NCBI GenBank assembly: GCA_949285455.1
Contig: CASDXP010000002.1
Coordinates: 10,188-74,187 of the forward strand
DNA: 64,000 nucleotides
Direction of reading: 5' to 3'
Origin: an uncultured bacterium
GTDB taxonomy: Bacteria > Bacillota_I > Bacilli_A > RFN20 > CAG-826
Positions within the stretch are counted from its first letter, which is position 1. The number at the start of each line of letters is the position of its first letter. A model generated the notes under the pieces. That model worked only from the letters and a program-made list of their open reading frames with translations, was not told the origin of the DNA and did no database searches. This document shows, in pieces, positions 34,350-43,272 of the stretch. The position numbers and the translations under genes are program-made.

Positions 34350-34673
34350 ATGAAAAACGCGAATGTGTATTGTGATGATTTTTTAGCCGGAGTCCTTATT
34401 CAAGATGATAGTGGTTTTACTTTTGCTTATCTTGATGAATATTTAAATAGTGAAAACGCAAGAGCAATTTCTTTAACTTTACCATTAAGAAAAGAACCAT
34501 TTAGAAGTAAGCACTTATTTCCTTTCTTCGATGGCTTAATTCCTGAAGGATGGTTACTTGATTTAACGTGTTCTTACTTTAACTTAAATTGTTTAGACCG
34601 TATGTCTATCTTATTAAAAATTGGAAAAGATGTAGTGGGTAATGTTGTAGTGGAGGAAATAAAAGATGAATAA
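34350..34673 (+). CDS. HipS-like protein, a stand-alone HipA N-terminal (couple_hipA) domain
   Basis: FFDGLIPEGWLLD...IGKDVVGNVVV matches the HipA N-subdomain with its LPEG motif. 107 aa; overlaps the next gene by 8 nt. Confidence 0.8.
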   Translation: MKNANVYCDDFLAGVLIQDDSGFTFAYLDEYLNSENARAISLTLPLRKEPFRSKHLFPFFDGLIPEGWLLDLTCSYFNLNCLDRMSILLKIGKDVVGNVVVEEIKDE

Positions 34674-35547
34674 ATATTGTTCTTGTTGTGGAAAGAAACT
34701 AGAAGTTAATAATAAATCGGATTGGTGCGACCCTTGTATCTATAAATTCTTTGGAACGCATACTTTACCTGACTTTTCTTCAATTGAAGAAGATAGTAAA
34801 AACTTATCGATCGATCATTTAAGTAAAGGCTATGCGATTCAAGGTGTACAAAAAAAGATATTACATTCTAATTACGTCATTAAATTTAACAATGAACGTT
34901 TTCCTAACATTGTTCTTCTAGAACATGTTTTGATGTCGATAGCGGAATCTTCACATATCGAAGTCGTGCCTCATGCAATTATAAAGGTTAAAGATGATAG
35001 ATATATTTATATAACGAAAAGGATTGATAGAAGTGGTGAGAAAAAATATCCGATGGAAGATTTTTGCCAACTTTCAAATAAACTCACAGAATATAAATAT
35101 AATGGTTCTTATGAACTTTGTTATCGCTTACCTTTATCTTATTCTTCACAAAGAACAATTGATTCATTAAAGTTTTTTAATATCGTGTTATTTTCTTATC
35201 TAACTGGTAACACTGATATGCATTTAAAGAACTTTTCTTTAATTGATCAAAGCCAAGGCTATAAACTCGCTCCAAGCTATGATCTTGTTCCTTCCGAATT
35301 TATTATCGATCAAAAAGAAATGGCTTTATCATTAAATGGGAAAAGACAAAATCTTACAAAGAATGATTTTATTCATTTTGGTGAATATATGAATATTAAT
35401 AAAGCCCAATCTAAGTTATTAATTGAAAGAATGATTAATAACCAATCAAAGTGGTTTACGATTATAGATCATTCGCCGTTAGATGAAGAAACTAAAGACA
35501 AATACAAACAATTTCTCAAAAATAAAATTGATAAGTTTAATGACTAA
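34666..35547 (+). CDS. HipT/HipA-like Ser/Thr kinase toxin core with an N-terminal CxxC-x9-CxxC zinc ribbon
   Basis: GNTDMHLKNFSLI...LAPSYDLVPS catalytic motifs of the HipA C-terminal domain. P-loop-like IQGVQKK. N-terminus CSCCGKKLEVNNKSDWCDPC. Confidence 0.85.
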   Translation: MNKYCSCCGKKLEVNNKSDWCDPCIYKFFGTHTLPDFSSIEEDSKNLSIDHLSKGYAIQGVQKKILHSNYVIKFNNERFPNIVLLEHVLMSIAESSHIEVVPHAIIKVKDDRYIYITKRIDRSGEKKYPMEDFCQLSNKLTEYKYNGSYELCYRLPLSYSSQRTIDSLKFFNIVLFSYLTGNTDMHLKNFSLIDQSQGYKLAPSYDLVPSEFIIDQKEMALSLNGKRQNLTKNDFIHFGEYMNINKAQSKLLIERMINNQSKWFTIIDHSPLDEETKDKYKQFLKNKIDKFND

Positions 35548-35802
35548 GCACCTATGAGGTGAATAGGATTTTTAGGAAAATTAAATTGTGATTTTTCCGA
35601 TGAAAATGGAAGTGCACTTCCGGTTTCATCGCTATTTTTAAGTAAAAATAAACATTATTTTAATTACAAACAAAAATCCCGCTAGCGAAGGATTTTAAAT
35701 TAATAATTTAATTAATGACAAAGTATACAAGAAAACATACAAGATAATATACAAGATGATTCTTTTTCTATATAATATTTTTATCTAGGAGGTAATTTAT
35801 CT

Positions 35803-36783
35803 TTGTATACGCCACCATTTGAGATAAATGATGAAATGATCGCACTCATTTCTAGCATTATGGAAAGACTAGGTACTTTAAAGTATTTCGATAATTTTAA
35901 GCGCATGCCTGAACTACGTAAAGTAAGTAACATTAAATCCATTTGTGCTTCTTTAGCAATCGAAAATAATCAGCTAAATATTGACGAAGTAAGAGATGTT
36001 ATTAATGGAGTGGAAGTAATAGGTAACGAAAAAGATATTATCGAAGTTAAAAATGCCATGAAAGCATATGAACTTCTAGATCAAATCGATCCCTATGAAT
36101 TATATTCATTATTAAAAATACATGAAATAATGATGCATTCCTTAGTGGAAGATGCAGGCAAAATAAGAAATAAAGAAGTTGGAGTTTATAATGAATTAGG
36201 CGATGTTATTCATATGGCTCCGCCTCACTTTATTGCTAAACAAAAATTATATGAATTATTTGAATGGCTGAATAATGCTAAGACGCACATCCTTATCAAA
36301 TCTTCCGTTTTTCATTATGAATTTGAATTTATTCATCCTTTTATGGATGGGAATGGAAGAATGGGAAGATTTTGGCAAAGTGCCTTATTAACGCATTGGA
36401 AAAAGGCTTTTTCACTTATTCCGATTGAAAGTGTTATAAAAGAACGTCAAGACGAATATTATAATTCAATTATGCTTTCGACAAAAAATGGTAATTGTAA
36501 TGCTTTTATTATCTTCATGTTAAGGTGCATTGATGTGGCGATTAAAGATTTATTAAAAGACGCTAAAAGCTATGTTGAACATTTAAGCAATCAAATTAGA
36601 GATTTACTTAGAGTAATTAAAACGTATCCTAAATCAGCGAAAGAACTTATGAAAGATTTAGGATTAAAATCGCGCTTAGCATTTAGAAATAATTATTTAA
36701 ATCCTGCGCTTGAACTTGGTTTAATTAAACTCACAAACCCGGAAGCAAAAACTAGCAAAAATCAAAAGTATTACAAGCCTTAG
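35803..36783 (+). CDS. Fic-family protein (AMPylase-type), class II with an N-terminal inhibitory helix and a C-terminal wHTH (TTG start)
   Basis: HPFMDGNGRMGR Fic motif; SLAIEN inhibitory (S/T)xxxE(G/N) motif. AGGAGG RBS before the TTG. Confidence 0.85.
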   Translation: MYTPPFEINDEMIALISSIMERLGTLKYFDNFKRMPELRKVSNIKSICASLAIENNQLNIDEVRDVINGVEVIGNEKDIIEVKNAMKAYELLDQIDPYELYSLLKIHEIMMHSLVEDAGKIRNKEVGVYNELGDVIHMAPPHFIAKQKLYELFEWLNNAKTHILIKSSVFHYEFEFIHPFMDGNGRMGRFWQSALLTHWKKAFSLIPIESVIKERQDEYYNSIMLSTKNGNCNAFIIFMLRCIDVAIKDLLKDAKSYVEHLSNQIRDLLRVIKTYPKSAKELMKDLGLKSRLAFRNNYLNPALELGLIKLTNPEAKTSKNQKYYKP

Positions 36784-36853
36784 CAACGAAACGTTTCTTG
36801 ATTAGACATTAGTGAATCTTTTAATTTTTAAATTAAAGGAGGATATCTAATTT

Positions 36854-37087
36854 ATGATGATGTCAGATGAAGAAATTTTAGTAGCCTATTTTGGTGGTAG
36901 ACCTCGTTGGAGCGGTAATAAGCTTGATCGCATTGGTGATTTAAGAGTTCATTATAGCGGAAGTCGTATCTACAAAGTAGGGGATGCAAGAATTGAATAT
37001 TCCGGTAATAAGCTTTATAAGGTCAACGGTGAAAGAGTCCAGTGGAGTGGCTCTAGTGTGTATAAGATTGGTAATAGAAGGTTATAA
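36854..37087 (+). CDS. Small protein (77 aa) made of four 15-aa tandem repeats
   Basis: Repeat R-x-x-[WY]-SG-x-x-[LIV]-YK-[VI]-[GN] occurs four times. Strong RBS AAAGGAGGA. Confidence 0.6.
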   Translation: MMMSDEEILVAYFGGRPRWSGNKLDRIGDLRVHYSGSRIYKVGDARIEYSGNKLYKVNGERVQWSGSSVYKIGNRRL

Positions 37088-37201
37088 GTTAATCTTTTAA
37101 TCATTCAATTCGTTATTTATTTTAGGAACGTTAATGCTTTCATAACTTTTCATTCGGGAGAAGATAAATTAAACTTATAGCTATAAGGAATTGAAACGAA
37201 C

Positions 37202-38047
37202 ATGATAACAAAAGGTTTCATTGAAAAGGTATGTATTGCATTTAGTATTCTAAATTATGAAGTCGAAGATAAAGTTGATTTTCATGAGTTTGAAAAAAAC
37301 GCTGATAAAAGATTATCACGTTGTAAAGAATTAGCTGACGCAAAAGAAGTGGTGGCTCAAACAAGGTTTTGTTATAAACATTGGGATAAAATCGAAAAGA
37401 TTTTTTCTAATCCAAAAACTTTAAATTATTTTCAAATGTTGGAATGCGATGATGGAGATGATATTACTCAATTAAATGATGAGGAAGCACCTGGTACTTA
37501 TTGGATCACAAACGGGCTAACGGGATCATTAAAAGATATTGCTATCGCTAGCGCGACTTTTGATGATGAAACATTCTTTGTCAACACCAAAGCTAAGCAT
37601 TATAAAATATTTGGAGATGGTGAATTTTATATTTCTAATAGTTTTTGGTCATCGGGGAAAATGAAATTATTCGATAAATATAACAATCACATATGCGACA
37701 TTGTTACGACTAAAAATTACAATATTTTCCTAAAAAATAATAAATCAAATTATTACATCCCAAAATGTTTTGTTGACACTTTAATATTTGAAAGAAAATA
37801 CGTTGAAAGTTTAAGATCAGAAGATGATGTAGACACTAGTAAAATTCTTGCTTCTATTGAATGGGATTTAATTAAATCTGGTAAATATTATTCAGTTGCA
37901 AAATTACAAATTTATGAAATGATTGATGAAGAAAATGATTTAGAATTATTCTTACTTTTCGCTGTTTCAACTTTTTTAACTTACATCAATAAAAGCGAGA
38001 ATGAGGAAGCAGCGATAGCGTTTTTAATCACAAGACATTTTCGTTAA
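37202..38047 (+). CDS. Hypothetical protein
   Basis: ORF of 281 aa. It contains WSSGKMKLFDK, weakly resembling the repeat unit of the upstream 77-aa protein. Confidence 0.4.
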   Translation: MITKGFIEKVCIAFSILNYEVEDKVDFHEFEKNADKRLSRCKELADAKEVVAQTRFCYKHWDKIEKIFSNPKTLNYFQMLECDDGDDITQLNDEEAPGTYWITNGLTGSLKDIAIASATFDDETFFVNTKAKHYKIFGDGEFYISNSFWSSGKMKLFDKYNNHICDIVTTKNYNIFLKNNKSNYYIPKCFVDTLIFERKYVESLRSEDDVDTSKILASIEWDLIKSGKYYSVAKLQIYEMIDEENDLELFLLFAVSTFLTYINKSENEEAAIAFLITRHFR

Positions 38048-38054
38048 TAACAAT

Positions 38055-39161
38055 ATGAATATAGAACTATTCGAAAAAGAACTGAAAACAGCTAAAGCAA
38101 ATAAAGAAAATGGTTATTCACCATCATTTTTAGAAGTAGTGGGTAAGAGCAGTGATGAGGAATTAATCTCAAAATATCTTTCGTATTTATTCGACAACAA
38201 CATTAATTTACTCAACGAATTTATTCGATATGCTTACGGCGATAGTTTCGCCGAATTAAAAGAAATCAATTCGATTAATAACGAATTCGCCACTAATTCT
38301 AAAAGCCGCATCGATATATTTATTCAGGCTACAGATATTAAGAACTGTAAATGCATCATAGTAATAGAAAACAAAGTGTATACAGCTGAGCACGATAAAC
38401 AATGCACAAGTTATTTTAATTACTGTGAACAATATTATCCAAAGCACAAAAGATATTATTTTTTCTTATATCCTGATTTCAATTTAAAAATTAATCAAAT
38501 AAGCACGAACGAGTTTCATAAGATAACTTACACTAACTTGTTGAAGATATTAGATGGGCTTGATGATAATTCTAAATTTGAGGAAGATTTTATAAATTTA
38601 ATTAATAATCAATTAAGGAGTAATTCTATGAGCGAGTTACGCAAAATATTCATCGAAAATTATGAAATGATTGCAAATGAATTGAAGTCTCTTAACAAAG
38701 AATTAGAAACATTAATGAATAATTTTGCTAGTTTTTATGTTGGACAAAACAACGATGTTTTCGAACCATGCGAAAAAATGGAATCGGCGCGAACGTTACG
38801 TTTTTATGAGAAGAATGGGTGGTGGCATCCTAGCGAAGATAAAGACGAACAATATTATTTTTATATCGAACTTAAACGCGAAGGTAATTTAAAGTTTTAC
38901 TGTCAGCAAACGATAAAAATGTATTCAAGAAATGAAGATTGTAAGATTAGAAGATTTGTTAAAGAAAGATGTTTTAATAGGTATAAAATGGAAATAGCGT
39001 TTAAAGATTACGCAGTCTTACAACGAGTTGGCTTTACAATTGAAGAGAATAAATTATCCAATGATTGGAAAAGAGAATTGTTTAATTGGGCGATTGAGAC
39101 TTTAAACCAATTAAAAAAGGAACAAGAAAAGTTATTTGAAGAGTTTATTAATTTCAATTAA
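38055..39161 (+). CDS. PD-(D/E)xK nuclease superfamily protein (PDDEXK_4-like)
   Basis: SRIDIFIQ...CIIVIENKVYTAEHDKQCTSY carries the D...E-x-K core and the IENK signature. Confidence 0.6.
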   Translation: MNIELFEKELKTAKANKENGYSPSFLEVVGKSSDEELISKYLSYLFDNNINLLNEFIRYAYGDSFAELKEINSINNEFATNSKSRIDIFIQATDIKNCKCIIVIENKVYTAEHDKQCTSYFNYCEQYYPKHKRYYFFLYPDFNLKINQISTNEFHKITYTNLLKILDGLDDNSKFEEDFINLINNQLRSNSMSELRKIFIENYEMIANELKSLNKELETLMNNFASFYVGQNNDVFEPCEKMESARTLRFYEKNGWWHPSEDKDEQYYFYIELKREGNLKFYCQQTIKMYSRNEDCKIRRFVKERCFNRYKMEIAFKDYAVLQRVGFTIEENKLSNDWKRELFNWAIETLNQLKKEQEKLFEEFINFN

Positions 39162-39174
39162 TGGATGTCACCTT

Positions 39175-39600
39175 ATGAAAAAATACTACCTAGCCTATGG
39201 CTCAAATTTAAATCTAAACCAAATGAAATATAGATGTCCAAGCGCATCTAAAGTAGGAACTTATTATTTAAAAGGTTATTCTTTAGAATTTAGATGTTAT
39301 TTAACTATTGTTAAAAATGAAAATGGTATTGTTCCTTTAGGAATATTTGAATTAGATGATAAAGAAGAAAAATATCTTGATCGATATGAAGGTTATCCAA
39401 TTCTTTATCGTAAAGAAACATTTAAAGTTAAATTGAATGATGATAATAAAGATATAGAGGCTTTAATCTATATTATGAATGATGATCAATATCCAAAAAT
39501 AAAACCCTCTAAGAGTTATTTAGACACTTGCTTAGAAGGTTATAAAGATTTTGGATTTGATAATAAGTATTTATTAGAAGCGTTAGAAGAATTTAAATAA
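39175..39600 (+). CDS. Gamma-glutamyl cyclotransferase / AIG2-like protein
   Basis: YLAYGSNLNLNQMKYRCPSA...GYSLEF is the GGCT-fold YGSNL signature. Confidence 0.7.
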   Translation: MKKYYLAYGSNLNLNQMKYRCPSASKVGTYYLKGYSLEFRCYLTIVKNENGIVPLGIFELDDKEEKYLDRYEGYPILYRKETFKVKLNDDNKDIEALIYIMNDDQYPKIKPSKSYLDTCLEGYKDFGFDNKYLLEALEEFK

Positions 39601-39602
39601 CA

Positions 39603-40358
39603 ATGGTTAGTAACGAAGAACAAAAAAAGGAACTTCGAATAAAATTGTTAAAGTTGATACACAAAGTAGGCCAAAACTCTAGCAATCAAATTTTTACATT
39701 GTTTATAAGCGAACCAAATAAAAATTTAAAGCCCCTTTATAATTTATTTGCCGAAGCGTTTTTGTCTTTAAAAGGTTTTGTTACATTAATAAATGATGAG
39801 TGTTGGACACAAGCTGGTGCTATTTTAAGAATTACTTTAGAACAAGTTTCGATGCTTTTTTTGCTTTCTCAAAACAAAGAACTTATTGGTGAATATCTTC
39901 GTCTACATAATGAAAAAAGAAAATATTGGATTTTATCTACTAAAGAAAAAGAAAATTATTTGAAAGAATTAAGAGAAAAAGACCCAAGATTAAATAAACA
40001 CAACATTAACAATTATTTTGATTATAGTTGGTACAAGGATGAAGAAGGAAAATATACAAAAGAAACAATTATAAAAGCAGCACTTCTTGATGAATTTATT
40101 GATGATGTCGACAATTGGTACAATAAGTTTGCTCACGGACAAATTTCTATATTTGAGTTCAATAATAATAGTTGGGAAGTAATGAAAAAAATGGGAAATA
40201 GAATGACATCATCATCTTTTAAATTGTTTGATTTCTTGATTTGCTCATTTTGGAATTTTTTTGGAAGGAAAAAAATTGAATCAGTGAACTTACTTCCTTT
40301 ATTTTGTGAGTTCAATAAAAGTTATCAATTATTCAGCAAAACTTTTAAAAGCAAATAA
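39603..40358 (+). CDS. Hypothetical protein
   Basis: ORF of 251 aa lying 2 bp after the GGCT-like gene, which places it in the same operon. Confidence 0.4.
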   Translation: MVSNEEQKKELRIKLLKLIHKVGQNSSNQIFTLFISEPNKNLKPLYNLFAEAFLSLKGFVTLINDECWTQAGAILRITLEQVSMLFLLSQNKELIGEYLRLHNEKRKYWILSTKEKENYLKELREKDPRLNKHNINNYFDYSWYKDEEGKYTKETIIKAALLDEFIDDVDNWYNKFAHGQISIFEFNNNSWEVMKKMGNRMTSSSFKLFDFLICSFWNFFGRKKIESVNLLPLFCEFNKSYQLFSKTFKSK

Positions 40359-40367
40359 ATAAGATCA

Positions 40368-40895
40368 TTAACAAGTATAAGTAATGGTGATTGAGTCAAC
40401 TTCAATTATTCTAGTTTTACTTTTAATTTGGAAATAAGATACATGATCATTTAAAGTAAAAGCTGAACCATTTGGTAAGTTAGTTGTGTTTATTAATGCA
40501 TCAGGACTTTCACCATATGATAATGTTAAAGAACCTTTATTCTTTTCATAACTAACAAGAATAGATGTAATTCCATTAATGGGATCAATGTTATTAATAT
40601 AACCACCAACAAGTAATCTCATATAGCAAGTATCAGTTCTATATTTTTCAATATCATCCGCTTTAAACGTTATTGCGTTATTTAAAGCAGTGGTAACTTC
40701 AAATTCACCACCAAAAAAATTATCTTCTACCTCGTTTGTTGTTCCGTTCATTTCTAGTGTATATAAATTATTTTCACTTTGAGTAATGCTAACATTGTTA
40801 ACAAAATTATCGCCAAGCATTATTGCGGTAGGGGTAATTATTAACGAGATAGCGAACGCTGTTAGCGCCTTGAATGTTACATTTTTGTTTTTCAT
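40368..40895 (-). CDS. Secreted protein of unknown function
   Basis: N-terminal signal peptide MKNKNVTFKALTAFAISLIITPTAIM; beta-rich. Confidence 0.5.
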   Translation of the reverse strand: MKNKNVTFKALTAFAISLIITPTAIMLGDNFVNNVSITQSENNLYTLEMNGTTNEVEDNFFGGEFEVTTALNNAITFKADDIEKYRTDTCYMRLLVGGYINNIDPINGITSILVSYEKNKGSLTLSYGESPDALINTTNLPNGSAFTLNDHVSYFQIKSKTRIIEVDSITITYTC

Positions 40896-41044
40896 ATGCG
40901 TGTATTAGACTCCTTTTTCATAGTGGATGAAATAGTAGTATAGATCTAGTGAAATTGTCAAATTAAATTTGTAGACACGACTCTAGTTTCACTAAGGATC
41001 TATTCAAAAATAGTCCGATCTGTTAAACTGTTAACGGTGATAAT

Positions 41045-41949
41045 ATGAAGGCGAAGGCAAAGAAAATAGAATTATTTTTGTATAACGGAACTCTTGATGG
41101 CATTACATATGTAAAGGAATCTGGCGGTTGGGATTTTAACGGAATACTTTATCTGTGTCCTAGAGATTCGGTCTAAATGACGACGCTTGTGAAAAGAATG
41201 GCGTTTATTTGCTTTTATCTAGTAACAAGGTTTATGTAGGACAATCCATCAATCTTAAAAAGCGCATTAAACAACATTTACTCACAAAAGATTGGTGGGA
41301 GAAAGTAATCTTACTCACTTCCGAGAATGATTCTTTAAATTCATCATACATAACTTATTTAGAACATGCGCTCATCGATAAAGCTAATCAATGTGGCAGT
41401 TTAGATTGTGATAACAAAACAAACGTTAATACTGTTAAATTAGACAAGTTTGATATAACACTACTAGAACAATATTTAGATGAGGCTTTGTTTATACTCA
41501 AATTAATTGGAGTTGATGTATTCACCAAAACCAGATCAAAACCAATCATCAAATCAATTCCAACACCAACAAGTGAACAAATAGAACTTAGAGCAAAGTC
41601 AGAAGTCATCAAATATATTGAACAAGAACAGAAGTTTGTTTTAGGGAAAAACAAAGTTTATGCAAAACTTCAAGAAAAGAAAAACACCTTTTGGATTAAT
41701 CCAAGAGTGGATTTGTTAAATACCGGCTTTGATTTAATTCTTAACAATCAATTAGAAAGTAAAATATACATCTTAAGAATACCCGCGAACACGTTTAAAG
41801 CATCAAAAATCAAAGATGGCAATCTGATAATTAGGAAAGATAGACCTATTTATATCGACTTGAATATAGATGCGGATACTTTTGTTGATGTTAGAAGTAG
41901 GCAATCATTTAAATCATCGATTATTAAGGAAATTGATTACGCTATTTAG
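41045..41949 (+). pseudogene. GIY-YIG nuclease family gene (T5orf172-like) interrupted by a -1 frameshift near 41160-41176
   Basis: The complete GIY-YIG core NGVYLLLSSNKVYVGQSINLKKRIKQH lies in the frame of 41164-41949. The only start codon in that frame (TTG at 41209) falls after the GVY strand. A 43-aa ORF (41045-41176, MKAKAKK...) in the -1 frame supplies a plausible N-terminus. Confidence 0.55.
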
Positions 41950-42012
41950 ATTACTTCGTCTAGGATTGCAAATTTAAAAGTCTTGTTTTGAATTAATCAC
42001 ATTTTAAATATA

Positions 42013-43233
42013 ATGTTTAAGTATATGAAAAAGACTGAACAAGTTTTAAAAAACGGGAAAATAGTAATTGATTATGATCAGACGTTGACGACAAAAGAAA
42101 TTCGTAATTTATTTTTTGATTTATTTGAATCGAAAATTAAACAAGACGGTAAGCAATATGTTTTATACAATAAAATCGCAATCTTACCATGCAACGTTAC
42201 TTATTTAGGAAATCCACATCCAATTTATAAAAAAAGAATTCAATTAAAATCATATTATCCTGAATATCTAGAGAAAAATTCAGCAAACAACATCAAAACA
42301 ATGTATGTAGGAATTTACACATACAACAAAACAAGATTGTTTGTTGTTTTTGAACCAGATACATACGCGAATAAGAAAAGCCACAACTCTTCCGCGCATG
42401 TGTTCACAATTAATCTGCAATACGCTCAGCGAGCGGGTAGGTTTGATAAAATAGATGGGTTCGGTAATAAGATACATGTTTTTAACACCAACGAATTTAT
42501 TAGATATATTAAGACGCTTGCTTCTGATTCAACATATGTTGGATTAGATAGTTTAATGGAACTGATAAATGACTATATTTCATCGTTTGGAAGGACCATC
42601 CCAAAAGAGTGGAAGGGCATTGACTGTTATAATGAAATGCTTGCAGCAAACGATAATAACGCTAGGCAAGGTGAATGGCCCGGCTGGTATTTTGAATATT
42701 TGTTTAAAAAATATTTAGCAAATACAAATTCTACTAAAATTAAGTGGTGTAATTCTAAGGAAAAGGGCGGTGTTGATTTAGACGTTAAATTCGTCAACCT
42801 TAATTGGACTTACGGCGACTTAAAAGCCGATCAAATAAACCACGATATTTTAGGAAATTCATTCGACACTCTGGATAAAGTTATTAATGATAATCATGGG
42901 ACAGTATTCTATATTTGTTGTTTATATGAGGCAGAATTAGATTCTAAGCACCATTATGAAGTTACTAGATATTGGAATGATTTCGTGCGTGAGAAAAGCA
43001 AGAGATACACAAATATTCAAGACTTAGAACAAAGATATGGGAAACGTATGAAATATTCTGTAAAACCTCAAAAGTTGTGCATTTTAAAAATAGATGACAT
43101 AATGTACGACATTCTAAAACAAACCCCATTTACGCAAGGAATTAATTCTGATGGCAGCACTAGAAAGCCAAAATTGAAGGTGCGAAAAGACATGATAAAA
43201 GCACTTACAATTTATTCTCAGCAAATTAATTAA
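42013..43233 (+). CDS. Candidate Type II restriction endonuclease, paired with the downstream C5 methyltransferase
   Basis: 406 aa with no close family recognisable by eye. GGVDLDV...GDLKAD is compatible with a PD-(D/E)xK core. Same strand as the MTase, 40 bp upstream of it. Confidence 0.45.
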   Translation: MFKYMKKTEQVLKNGKIVIDYDQTLTTKEIRNLFFDLFESKIKQDGKQYVLYNKIAILPCNVTYLGNPHPIYKKRIQLKSYYPEYLEKNSANNIKTMYVGIYTYNKTRLFVVFEPDTYANKKSHNSSAHVFTINLQYAQRAGRFDKIDGFGNKIHVFNTNEFIRYIKTLASDSTYVGLDSLMELINDYISSFGRTIPKEWKGIDCYNEMLAANDNNARQGEWPGWYFEYLFKKYLANTNSTKIKWCNSKEKGGVDLDVKFVNLNWTYGDLKADQINHDILGNSFDTLDKVINDNHGTVFYICCLYEAELDSKHHYEVTRYWNDFVREKSKRYTNIQDLEQRYGKRMKYSVKPQKLCILKIDDIMYDILKQTPFTQGINSDGSTRKPKLKVRKDMIKALTIYSQQIN

Positions 43234-43272
43234 AATTTAGGTAGCTTTTTGTCATTTTATTTTATAAAATAA

